In this document: positions 1 through 10,743 of the stretch, piece after piece | Layout: each line of letters begins with the position of its first letter | How positions within the stretch are numbered: the first letter of the stretch is position 1 | Source of the DNA: Azolla caroliniana | Lineage: Eukaryota > Plantae > Polypodiophyta | Assembly: GCA_043228905.1 (NCBI GenBank) | Contig: JBHGNT010000007.1 | Span: forward strand, 1,612,001-1,676,000 | Direction of reading: 5' to 3' | DNA length: 64,000 bases | The notes under the pieces: generated by a model | Databases searched by the model: none | The model's input: the letters and a program-made list of their open reading frames with translations, nothing else | Told to the model about the DNA's origin: nothing | Position numbers and translations under genes: made by a program

Positions 1-416
1 GACGTGTTCCTCCCCTTCCTAGGGCTCTCAACCCACGCCATGAAGTCCCGCTTCGACAGTCGAAGCGAATCATCGTACCCGTACTTCTCGAGGAGCCGTC
101 CCTCGAGCTCCACCCAAGCCTGGCATCCGGCCAGCACCTCGAGCACCTCCGCGTGGATGCTCGGCGTCACCGCTCGAGGGAATCCGGACAGCCGCCTGTC
201 CTTAGGGATATCCCTCATGATCATTTCGGCCCGATAGGCCTCCAAGTAGCTCGTGGCATTCTTCCCACCGAATCGGCCTATGGTGCCAACAATCAATTCT
301 ATGGCCCTATCAAGGGCACCCGTTCCCTCACGAGCATTTCACTAGCCGATCGACGGCTACTGCCATAGCTTCAGCAAGCTCGGATCCCCTCATCTTCAAC
401 TCCTTTGCCGCCTTCG

Positions 417-434
417 TTCACGTCGGGTTCACCA
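417..434 (-). promoter_or_regulatory. Primer binding site complementary to the tRNA-Trp 3' end
   Basis: The plus strand reads TTCACGTCGGGTTCACCA, the 3' end of plant cytosolic tRNA-Trp including CCA. It lies 5 nt from the LTR. Confidence 0.85.
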
Positions 435-439
435 AATGA

Positions 440-540
440 TGTCGTGTTGTTACGCTCTTGCGTGTGAAATGAGGCGGGACCGCGGGGGCCCTGATCCAAG
501 GAGCATGAGAAAGAAGAGGGAGAGCGATTCACAGAAACAC

Positions 541-581
<41 letters not shown>

Positions 582-1046
582 CGGGAACAAAAGATTCAAT
601 TATGATGTCAACAACGATTACAACCGGCAAACCGGAAACAGACCCAAAATGGTGGTCCCACACACACACAAGGACGACACAGAGAACGCACGGTGGAGCC
701 TCTACTAGAAGCAAACGGGCCCACATGCAGCAGAGGCAACCGACACAAAAACTTAGCGGAGAGCAACGGTTGAGGAGGAGAGAGCTTGGTCCCCACTCCG
801 ACAGCAGTTCGTCCTCGCCAAAACACGATATCCATATTCTTCTTCTCCCTTCCCTTTTATAGGTCGCCGAGGAGACCGTTACATCAAAACATATCAACTT
901 TATTCTCTGTCCAAAAGGACAGAGATACGCATCGATTCCCTAGACAATTAATACCCTTCCTAGTACATATGTACATCAGCCGATCTATTCCTAGCTATGT
1001 ACAATTCATAAACACACACGCGCGCGAAAAGGATTGGGTCACGACT
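440..1046 (-). repeat. 5' LTR of gypsy element A (~607 bp)
   Basis: Termini TGTCGTG... (440) and ...GTCACGAC(t) (1046, terminal A apparently mutated). Minus-strand TATA (cttttatagg near 853). Adjacent to the PBS. Confidence 0.75.
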
Positions 1047-1117
1047 CTTCCCCTTGATTCCTCCTAGGGGCAGTTTTCTCCACGTTGGGTGGAAACAAGG
1101 CGGCAGAGGAATCGAGG

Positions 1118-3270
1118 ATGAGGGGATCAGAGCTCGCTGAAGCCATGGTGGCAGTAGTCGATCAGATAGTAAGTGTTCGCGAGGGCATGGGCGCCCTCGA
1201 TAGGGCCATTGAAGCAATTGTCGGCACAATAGGCTGGTTCAATGGGAAGGACGCCACAAGTTATTTGGTGGCCTACCGAGCCGAAATGGTGATGAGAGAC
1301 ATCCCAGAAGAAAGGCATTTGGTTGGGTTCCCTAGGGTGGCGACACCGCAGAGGTGCTCGAGGTGCAGGCTGGATGCCGGACCTGGGGAGAATTCGAAGC
1401 GCGGCTCCTCGAACGGTACGGGCTTGATGACATGCTTTGGTTATCGAAGCGGGACTTCATGGATTGGGTAGAGACCCCCGGAAAGGGGATGAATACGTCG
1501 GCGCTTCTCTGGGAGTTTGAGGAACGCTTCGCGCAGCTCTCGGCACTGGACAAAGCAATGTTGGACACGAGCCACGTCTTGTTGTTTGTCAAGTCCATGG
1601 ACGCGCGGGATCGAGATCAGGTGGGTCTCCTGTTGGAGACGGATGACGGACTGACGGCCGACTGGGCCGTGGTAAAGAGAGTCTGCGGCCGTTTTGACAA
1701 ACGGCATGAGTGGGTGACAAGGGCTCATCGGGGGCAGGAGCGGTTGTGGCAAGAAAGCTCGAAGGACCCCCGCCGGCGCGAAGGGAGGAAACCCGGGATT
1801 GGCCTAAGACAGGCTCGACTTTGACCAACGTGGTCAAGGGCCCGTCTAGAGGAGAAGCTTTGGAAGAGCTGACACAGATGGTACGAGACCTCCAGATTGC
1901 ATAGGCAAGGAGGGATGGCGGCGAGCAGTTTCGCGACCGGAGGCCTCCGGGTGGGCATTGGTGCTTGTGGTGTGACGCGGTCAGTCACATCCGGAAGGAC
2001 TCTGTGGACTTCGCAAAAGCGATAAGGGCTAACGTGGTGTACCTGTGGAACAGGCTGGTGCATGCAAGCAAGGCCCGGAGAGCCCTGGAGCTAAATATCG
2101 GACGAGGAGGGATGAAAAGGCTGATGGAAGAAGCGGCAACGCGCCATGCGGAGACCATCCACTACTCGGCGTCAGCAGGAATCCGGGTCGGGAGTGACGA
2201 AGGCCGGAGGACGAAGGATTCCTGGTTCTGGCCGTTAGTGCTAGAAGGCCTCACCGGCGTGCGGTTGAGGAAGGAGGAAGCGGACCGCACAAAAAGACAT
2301 GTTCGGGAGGTCACCAGGTGGAGCAATCCGGTCGAGGAAAAGACCGGCTTCATGGAAACCGCATGCCAAAACTACGAGGTTCTAGTAGAAGACAAGCGTG
2401 CAGGAAAAGCCGGAGGGGCCGGACCCTCCCAACGGTATGAGACCCGGTTTGGGCCGAAGCAGAATGATGCCGGTAACCCCGGCGCATCCGATAGAACGAG
2501 ACGGGCCGGTTATCGGCTGAGCACGGAGATTGAGAGGACGACGGACCTGCGGGAGGTCCTCGAGGATCGGATTCTCGACAGCAAGGTGGAGCTATCGTTG
2601 AGGGAGGTGCTCGGGATCACCAAGAAGGAGTTCCACGATTCCATCATGCACTTGGTGAAGCGTAAACGGCTCTCAACGGAGCCAGAGCCGGAGAAGCCGG
2701 TGGAGGTGTGAACGGAGCCAGAGCCGGAGAAGCCGGTGGAGGTGTGAACGACGCACCTGGAGGACGTGGCCCTAGAAGACGAGTTAGCGGAGAGCCACTA
2801 TTCGAAGTTGCACTAGGCAAGGGCTACTACATAAACCCCCGTTCGGGTTGGGGACGTCCAGGAGCCGGTAGTGGCGTTGATCGACCACGAGTTAGAGATG
2901 AACCTGATGTCTATGGACTTCTACAAGAAGGGCAAGTGGCCGATCGACACCAAGCACGGGTGGAAAATACGAGCGGCGACGCGCGCCACGGAGGAGCTAC
3001 ACGGGGCCTGCCCAAATGTACGGGTGAAAATTGGTGATGTTAAGATTGACCAACACTTCTTCGTGTAGGAGACATCCTCACACCCGGTGATACTCGGAGA
3101 ACCAAACATTACGGCACCACGCATGGAGACAAAGGTGCTAGATAACGGTTCGGCGTATGCATGCGTGAAGAGCCAGGTTGGCCGACACTCCATCCAATTT
3201 TTGACGGTGCGACCGAACCACGAGCGCAACCACGAGGCCCTCTGTGGCAAAAGCCGAGGGGATTTTTACA
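1118..3270 (+). pseudogene. gag-protease region of element B, with frameshifts and stops
   Basis: ORF fragments 1085-1471, 1354-1824, 1965-2711, 2871-3068 and 3087-3338 join into gag, a CxxC knuckle remnant, a LEDRILDSKVELSLREVLGI segment and an aspartic protease. Confidence 0.8.
2675..2746 (+). repeat. 36-bp perfect tandem duplication in gag
   Basis: AACGGAGCCAGAGCCGGAGAAGCCGGTGGAGGTGTG occurs twice. Confidence 0.9.
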
Positions 3271-3414
3271 GAGGGCTATCAAGGCATGGGGCCGCAGTAG
3301 TCCGGACACCTCAGGGAAACCCCACACATGTACCATAGGAAGGAAACCCTGGACTATAGACAAGAAATTTTGGTTCTCCGACAACGGAGGTTGTACAATA
3401 ACCGGCATTAGCGT

Positions 3415-4059
3415 TGTCGCGAAGATTCGCGCGTGCGTGTGCTACTCGAGCGACCACCGGGGTCTTGGACTAGGGAGGATGTTCGCAGAATTATCGAAGA
3501 GATGACGATCAATGTAAGATTAGATGAAATTTGTTCACTTGAGAAGAAGAAAGATTGTACACTTGAGAAGTAGAAAAATATGAAGAAGATAAAGACAAAC
3601 ATAATTAAATTGACGATAGTTGTGTTGGTGATATCACATATTGAGCCCCCCTTACACAAGCCCAACTAGAGGCTTTTATAGGTCTTTCCATGCTTGTGAC
3701 ATGCACAAAACCATGGGCTAAAACCATGGTTTTGTGCACACAGTTTTGCTTATGTCATGCACAAACCATGGGTTTAGAACCATGGTTTTGTGCACATGGT
3801 TTTCGAATGGTTGTTTCATCTATAATTCATATATGAAAAGTAAATACATAAAATCTACACTATATAATAGTTGGCCTAGTGGTAAGGCAAACATCTTGTA
3901 TCTTAGAGGTGCAAGGTTCAAACCTTCTTTGCACCCCTCTGTATGAACTCAAGTGCCACTAGGCCTTAGGCTTATTTGTTAAGTGTATGTGCAATGTTGC
4001 ACATCCTTGGTTTATTCGTCTCACTCGATTTCACACCGTAGCCGAAAATCGTCACGACA
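3415..4059 (-). repeat. 3' LTR of the gag-only element
   Basis: TGTCGCGAAG...GTCACGACA, with about 10 substitutions versus 6283-6927 counted by eye. Confidence 0.95.
3872..3926 (+). promoter_or_regulatory. tRNA-like Pol III A-box/B-box module inside the LTR (second copy at about 6740-6794 with a mutated A box)
   Basis: A box TGGCCTAGTGG with D-stem GCCT/AGGC. B box GGTTCAAACC at 3915, 43 nt downstream. Acceptor and anticodon stems are not recognisable. Confidence 0.6.
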
Positions 4060-5626
4060 TCCACCCCCACCAAACCCGCACATCCTCCGGTATGTGCCGC
4101 GAAAGGTGAAGAGGTGAGATCTTTAGCAACAGTGATCAACCGAGTTCCTCCGCACTCTCGTCGACCTCGTCTAACTTCGTCTTCCACTTCGAGTATGCCC
4201 AATCTTTCTAACCGAACCATCGTAGCCACCCGATCCACCATATCCGACGCTCACACCTTCTTCCCTGGTCGGTTGTAGTAGATCTACCGAACAATGTCGT
4301 CGATCCGACCGCTCTTCCTTCGTCCACCGCGTGCGTCCTTCGATTGGACTCTTGGCCACTCCTCACGCTCACCATCTTCAACTGGGGGTTGTGGATCGTT
4401 CGTGTCGATCTCCTATTAGGCCGGGTTTGCCCTTGTCCGGATTGGTGTCCGCCGATCGTTTCTCGGCTCGGTTGGCGTTCGTCTCCATTCGCATTTCGCT
4501 GAGTCGGGCTCGACCGATTGATTCCTACTGGGTCGGCCCCCTTTTGGATCGGGATTGTCCGATCGATTTCGGCCGAATCAGGTTTCGGCCGGGTCGGCCC
4601 CGGTCGATCGGCTCCCATGTGGATCTTCCTTTGTTCGGGCCGGAATCTTGGCCAGATCGTCTTTCGGTTCGACCGGTTCTTGACTCTTCCTTCCTTCCCG
4701 CATGCCGCCTCTCCATTGAACTCAACCGCGGCTTCATCCTTGGCCTCCTCGTCATCCACATCCTTCCCTCCGTGTATGCTCACCTCGAGCCATATTGTCT
4801 CCTCTCCGCCACCTCCTTTATCTTTGGTCTTATGTCGACACACGGTCTCGACTGCCGAAGTCTTCAAAACCAGTGTGAAGGAATCCCTTCGTTCATGCAC
4901 ATTTACCTTGTCTTCCTCATCGCCCTTCCGGTCGTCCGCTTTTCCGTCCACACATTCCGTCTCTCCGGTCTCACGTTGGCTCACTCTGTAGAATAGGTGT
5001 GGGGATATCCTTTCGTCCTCGATCTTCTTCCTCCTTGTGTTGGGCCTTCGTCTTCCCGTCACCACCTTCCGTCTCTCCCGTCTCACATTGGCACAATAAC
5101 ACAACCGCCGAAGTCTCTGGAACAAGTGTGGAGAAAGTCTCGACATGGCTATCCGCCATCGACTCGTCCATAGCCACCTCCGACTCGATGTCGTTTGTCA
5201 TGGTTACCTCCTCAATCACATCGGACTCAAACACTTTATCTCCCTTGATCATGCAAGCTTTTCTCATGCTTACACCTTCATCACCCGACGTTTCGTACAT
5301 AATGCGTGTTACGAAACATTTATCCTCCCTTGAAGTGGCGTTCGCCGTCCTCGAGTCATCGGCCTCCTCATTGGCCGTCGTTTCTTCATAAGACAAGAAG
5401 GTGACTTGTTTCGCACCTTCTCTCTCGGTACCATCATACCGAACCTGAGCCTTTGTATCGGCCACTTCATTAACCCGCATTTGTTGGGAGGTCTCTTGTT
5501 CCTCGATCACCATTCGCCTCGGTTTTGTCTCCCTTTTAAGCTTCATTTCTTTTGTTGGTGGCGCATTGCTGCATCTCGTCCCTCTTCAATCGTCCCTCAT
5601 GGGTCGTCTTGTTGTCGTCGATATTC

Positions 5627-6238
5627 TCACTCGCCCCTTATCGTGTAGTCGGATACACTTTCCACTTTGCTCCAATCCTCAATGAGGCCATTTGCATCGT
5701 CATCTTCTTCAAGTTTGAGGCCGATGGACATCCTTTCCATTCGATCGATTGACTTCACGAACATAAGGACCTTATCGACCCCCACCAATCTTTGTTCCCG
5801 CTCCGAGAGTTGAGAAAAACGATGCTCGAAGTCTACGAATGCTTGTGTCGCGCCTTGGTGGGTCTTCGCTGATGTCACCCATTGGTCGAAGTTGCGTCGA
5901 TCTCGTCCTTTCAGTCTCTCATAGCCATATTCCTCCAATAAAGCCTTCTCGAAAGTCGCCCACGAATCATGAGCTTCTAGAAGCTCTTTTACATCTTTGA
6001 AGATCGGTTGAGACACCACCCAACAAAAGTACTCCAGCCTCATAGCTTCGTCCACACCTCTTGAATCCATCTCCGCATTGTAGAGTTTTAGAAAACTTTG
6101 GACTTCGGCGCCGTTGAAATAGCTCACTCGCTCAACTACCCTCTCGACGGCTTGTTGGGCTTCATTTCGTCTTTTCCCTTCTCCTAGAAACTCCATCATC
6201 CTTTTTGACATTGCCTCCATGAGATATTCGCCATCCAT
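5627..6238 (-). CDS. Retrotransposon gag-like protein, continuing after a frameshift into an acidic low-complexity region (to about 4700)
   Basis: YFNGAEVQSFLKLYNAEM...FEHRFSQLS...VLMFVKSID aligns with element B gag (FNGKDATSYL..., FEERFAQLS, VLLFVKSMD). Confidence 0.8.
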   Translation of the reverse strand: MDGEYLMEAMSKRMMEFLGEGKRRNEAQQAVERVVERVSYFNGAEVQSFLKLYNAEMDSRGVDEAMRLEYFCWVVSQPIFKDVKELLEAHDSWATFEKALLEEYGYERLKGRDRRNFDQWVTSAKTHQGATQAFVDFEHRFSQLSEREQRLVGVDKVLMFVKSIDRMERMSIGLKLEEDDDANGLIEDWSKVESVSDYTIRGE

Positions 6239-6259
6239 CTTCGTCCTCCCCTGTTGCTC

Positions 6260-6277
6260 TTCACGTCGGGTTCACCA
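6260..6277 (-). promoter_or_regulatory. PBS complementary to tRNA-Trp
   Basis: TTCACGTCGGGTTCACCA followed by AATGA and then the LTR, identical to 417-439. Confidence 0.85.
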
Positions 6278-6282
6278 AATGA

Positions 6283-6927
6283 TGTCGCGAAGATTCGCGC
6301 ATGCGTGTGCTACTCGAGCGACCACCGGGGTCTTGGACTAGGGAGGATGTTCGCAGAATTATCGAAGAGATGACGATCAATGTAAGATTAGATGAAATTT
6401 GTTCACTTGAGAAGAAGAAAGATTGTACACTTGAGAAGTAGAAAAATATGAAGATGATAAAGACAAACATAATTAAATTGACGATAATTGTGTTGGTGAT
6501 ATCACATATTGAGCCCCCCTTACACAAGCCCAACTAGAGGCTTTTATAGGTCTTTCCATGCTCGTGACATGCACAAAACCATGGGCTAAAACCATGGTTT
6601 TGTGCACACGGTTTTGCTTATGTCATGCACAAACCATGGGTTTAGAACCATGGTTTTGTGCACATGGTTTTCTAATGGTTGTTTCATCTATAATTCATAT
6701 ATGAAAAGTAAATACATAAAATTTACACTATATAATAGTTGTCCTAGAGGTAAGGCAAACATCTTGTATCTTAGAGGTGCAAGGTTCAAACCTTCTTTGC
6801 ACCCCTCTGTATGAACTCAAGTGCCACTAGGCCTTAGGCTTATTTGTTAAGTGTATGTGCAATGTTGCACATCCTTGGTTTATTCGTCTCACTCGATTTC
6901 ACACCGTAGCCAAAAATCGTCACGACA
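6283..6927 (-). repeat. 5' LTR of the gag-only element
   Basis: Direct repeat of 3415-4059, adjacent to the PBS. Confidence 0.95.
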
Positions 6928-7144
6928 GCGTCTGGAACATCTCGGGGCGTGCAGAGTCCTAGGCCCTGACGAAGTGATAGGCAGCGCTATGGAGGCGGTC
7001 TCTTTTGATGATACCTTGGGATATTTGAGGAACGTGCTCGAAGAAGGCCTCAGTGAAGACCAGACGATTCTGTTTAGTTCAGAACGAATGTACGAAGTCA
7101 TCGTCGACTTCGGCAAAGGGTTTTAGTCAGATCAGACGGCCCGT

Positions 7145-10100
7145 GTGGATACAAGGTACAAGATTGTGGACCGGAAGATGAGGCCAGTCGCGGCACCCTT
7201 GCCGGAGGGCAGCGAGTTACGGATGAAAGGGATCGCGTCGGACCCAAGTTTACGAGATCCGACTGGCATAGGATACCGGTTCATCTACATAACGCTACGA
7301 GAGCTCAAGGTCGGTGGGGGTAGCTTTCTACTGCCGGCAAAGGAGGAATGATTTCAGATAATGCTCGGGAGGCAGGGGAGGCACAGGAAGGCCTTCGCAT
7401 TCTCGCCGGAAGAGATCGGGTGCGTAGACCCGACGATCGTTGAGCCGATGGTATCTTCACGGTACCGCATGTGCCGTGGAATCTCAAACCGATTCCAGTA
7501 CCCAGAGCTCACATCCTACAGCTGATGGAGCAGCTGAAGCAAAAGGTGGAGATGGGCATCCTCGAACCGTCGAGTGCCCCATACTCAAATCGGTGGTTTA
7601 CTGTGCCAAAGATTAACGGCACGTTGCCCTTTATTCAGGACCTGCAGCCGGTCAACAAGGTGACCATTTGGAACGAAGGAATCAGACCGACCATTGACGA
7701 GTTCGTGGAGGCCTTCATCGGAAGGTCGATTTACTCAGTCAGGGATCTGTACTCGGGGTACGATCAATTCCAACTAGCCGTAGAAAGCAAGGATATTACG
7801 ACAATGCGAACTCCTCTCAGCCTAGTGTGGATGTGTACCCTTCCGCAAGGGGGGACAAACTCGGTAGCGCACATGGTGAATGCGATGAATAAAGTGCTAA
7901 GGTACTGCATCCCCAACATCACCATGCCGTTTTTGGATGACATCCCAATCAAGGGATGTCCGGTGGAGGATAAGGACGAAACGGTCGAACCGGACGGGTG
8001 TCGGAAATTCGTCTCGAACCACATTGGAAACTGCGAGAAGGTGCTACAGAAGTTGGAAGGCGCGCGGCTCACCTTCTCCAGGGAGAAATCGGCTTTCGGA
8101 CAATCGGAAATCATGGTCGTCGGACACCTGTGCGGGCCTTACGGCCGGAAACCGTCTCCGACTAAGGTGGAAGCTATCTCCGCGATGGAGGAAGACTGCA
8201 AGTCGGTTACAGAAGTCTGGAGGTTCTTGGGATCTTGCGCGTTCTACCACATTTGGATCCCGCATTACGCCCATATCGCGGAGCCGCTCTATGGGTTTTT
8301 GAAGAAAGGGCGCAAGTTCGAGTGGAGCGGGGAGCATGCGGAGTCGGTCTGGAAAATGAAAGAAGCACTTGCGGCGGCACCAGCACTCCGGAAAGCGGTC
8401 TACGGCAAACATGTTCCGATTTCCGTAACAGTAGACACGAGTCCGACCGGAATCAGATGGGTGATCAACTAGGAGGATAAGAACGGCACGAGGTTCCCCA
8501 TCCGGTTTGGTGCGAAAGTACTTAGCGAGCAACAACAAGGATACGCCCAAGTTAAACGCGAACTCTGGGGTATTGTTTCGGCGGTCAAGGCCGACAAAGA
8601 CTACTTGATCGGGACAAAGGTAATAATAGAGACGGACTGCCTACCGATTCTCGGTATGGTTTCCGGATGCGCGACACCGGACCTAGCAATGCTCAGGTGG
8701 ATAGCATACATTAAGTCCCTGAATCCGGAGATATGGCACATCTCTGAGAAGGACAACGCCATGGCCGACATGCTTTCGCGAGCGAGGTTTGATGACGAGG
8801 GCGGCATGGTTTCAGAGGATGAGGAAGTCGGTGTGGACTTCTTCGAGAAGGCTTACATGATGATGAGAAGGGAGAGCACTCCATCGCTTAACGAGTTCGA
8901 CGAGAGCAAGTACGATGGGGAGTGGCTCCAGATCGATGGGTTCCTGAAAACGATGAGGCCGGACGCGGCCTGGACAAAGGAAGAGGCTAACCAGATCCGG
9001 AAGAAAGCATACCGATTCTACGGGACGGAAGCATATTGAAGCACCCGAAGAAGCGAGACAGCGTCCCACTTCGGGTAGTGGCGAGGAAGGAGGAGCAAGA
9101 AGCATTGCTAACGGCATACCACAAGAGTCCTTGGGCCGGACATCGGGGAACATGGGCCACGTTCGAGAAGCTAAAAGAGAAGTACCGGTGGTCGGGACTG
9201 TACCGGGACGTGCATCGGTTCGTAACGACTTGCGAAAGATGTCAGATGCACTCCATAGTCTGACGTCGGGACGAGCTACACCCAACTTATCCAGAGACCA
9301 TCCACTTCAAGTGGATGGTGGATCTGGTGACGATGCCGATGGGGGTGGGGCAGATGCGGTACCTGGTGCTAGCACAAGAGGACCTGACGAACCAGGTGGA
9401 GGGTCGAGCGTGTTACCGAACAAGACGACCGCGGCTGTGTGCCGATTCTTGATCGAAGAATTGGTTTGTCGGTATGGGTGCGTAGGGAAGATCGTAGCGG
9501 ACCTTGGAGAACTTGATGCACAAGAGGCCGAAGAGTTGTTTGATCGGTTAGGGGTTAAACTCTCGCTCACCACAGCATACAATCTAGAGGCAAACGGGAA
9601 GGTGGAACACGGATACAGGCCAATCGTAAAGGCGTTGGTACGGGCATGTGAAGGCCAAGTCAGGAACTGGTCGTGGCTCCTACCTTACGCGTTGTGGACG
9701 GACTGAACTACGCACAGTTCAGTAACCGGGTTCATGCTAGCGGAGCTGATGTACGGGCAGAAGCCGATCATGCCGATGGAGCGAAGGATCTCCTCATGGG
9801 CCGCGGTGGACAGGAGAGAAGAGATGAGCCAGGAGGAGCTATTAGCGGTGTGAATCCGACAGCTCGAGCGAAGACCGAAGGACATGGAATGAGCAATGAC
9901 GAAGCTACGTGCGGAAAGGACAAAGAACAAGGGGTGATTCGACTGGACTCATAGACTACGACCAAAGAAAATCGAGAAAGGCGAATGGGTTCTCGTCTAC
10001 GAAAGCAGCCTCGACAACCAGCACAAGGCGATGCGGAAATTTACGAGGAGGTGGTTCGGGCCTTACGCGATGACAAGCGCCAACAACAACGGCACCTACC

Positions 10101-10258
10101 ATCTCGCGGAGTTTCACGGAACGAGAATAGTTGTGCCGGTGGCCGGGAAGAGGATCAAAGCATTCAAGAAGCAGCACGAGTACGAACCAAACCTAGAGGA
10201 TATGGATAGCGACGGCGACCGGTTCGGAGCGGATGGTGATCTGGGGAACGAAAGATAA
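7145..10258 (+). pseudogene. pol (RT-RNase H-integrase) of element B, disrupted
   Basis: ORF fragments 7145-7351, 7471-8472, 8605-9039, 9036-9263, 9131-9706 and 10031-10258 carry RT, RH and INT motifs, including KFTRRWFGPY (GPY/F). Confidence 0.9.
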
Positions 10259-10743
10259 GCATGAGGACATAGAATAAAAGTGATGGAACAGACTATAACG
10301 TCTCTCTCCTTGGGCTATAAAAGGAGAGGAAAGGGTACTAAGAGGGGATCGCGTTGTGGAGGATGAAGTGATGTCGAACTGGGACCGAGCTCTTCTCCTC
10401 TGTCTTTCATTGTTCTCTGCAGGTTTTGGGAGGCTGCTTCTGCTTCATGGAAAGCCTGAGTGCTTCCGGCAGAGGCTCCATCTCGCGTCGTCCGTGTGTG
10501 TTGTGTGTGTTGTGTGAGTTGGTGTCAGCACGCTGATGCTTACCGGCTAGCCGGCTGTAATCTTGATCATAAATATATTTTTTCCTTATTCATTGTTCGA
10601 TCTTCGTTGTGAGTTCCTTGTGTATTTGTGTGCGTAGCTCGGCCGTGGTTTCATATCGCTCCTCCCTCTGTCCGGATATTCCCCGGTTCAGGGCCCCTGC
10701 GGTCCCACCTTGGTTTCTCCTGCGCGTGTAGAATAACACGACA

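Larger units (their letters stand above)
1..1046 (-). mobile_element. Ty3/gypsy element A, 5' end (5' LTR, PBS, start of gag), running off the window's left edge
   Basis: The reverse complement of 1-415 is homologous to the gag at 1118-1500 (ATGAGGGGATCCGAGCTTGCTGAAGCTATGG vs ATGAGGGGATCAGAGCTCGCTGAAGCCATGG). PBS at 417-434. LTR at about 440-1046, whose U5 end resembles 10690-10743. Confidence 0.85.
3415..6927 (-). mobile_element. Non-autonomous gag-only LTR retrotransposon (TR-GAG-like), 3.5 kb, with 4-bp TSD GCGT
   Basis: Two 645-bp LTRs (3415-4059, 6283-6927), TG...CA. GCGT at 3411-3414 and 6928-6931. tRNA-Trp PBS at 6260-6277. G-rich PPT-like tract at 4060-4078 on the minus strand. gag-like ORF at 5627-6238 and no RT or INT motifs. 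Confidence 0.93.
1085..10743 (+). mobile_element. Ty3/gypsy element B (gag, protease, RT, RNase H, integrase, partial 3' LTR), pseudogenised and interrupted at 3415-6927
   Basis: gag FNGKDATSYL. Protease-like ALIDHELEMNLM...ILGEP (2871-3130). RT with DLYSGYDQ, LPQGGTNS, FLDD (7471-8472). RNase H VDTSPTG/ETDC. Zn-finger YHKSPWAGHRG...CERC. Integrase ANGKVE. Domain order is PR-RT-RH-INT. The LTR ends ...AACACGACA at 10743. Confidence 0.92.

Noticed and set aside
417-434. tRNA-Trp gene
   Set aside because: Only the 3' 18 nt including CCA are present, next to an LTR, so it is a PBS.
3866-3940. Functional tRNA gene (also at 13556, 23021, 29671, 40885, 50243)
   Set aside because: Acceptor and anticodon stems do not pair. 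Only the D/T arms and boxes remain.
4208-5391. Long overlapping ORFs as novel genes
   Set aside because: GC-rich TE interior that is open in many frames, with no recognisable domain.
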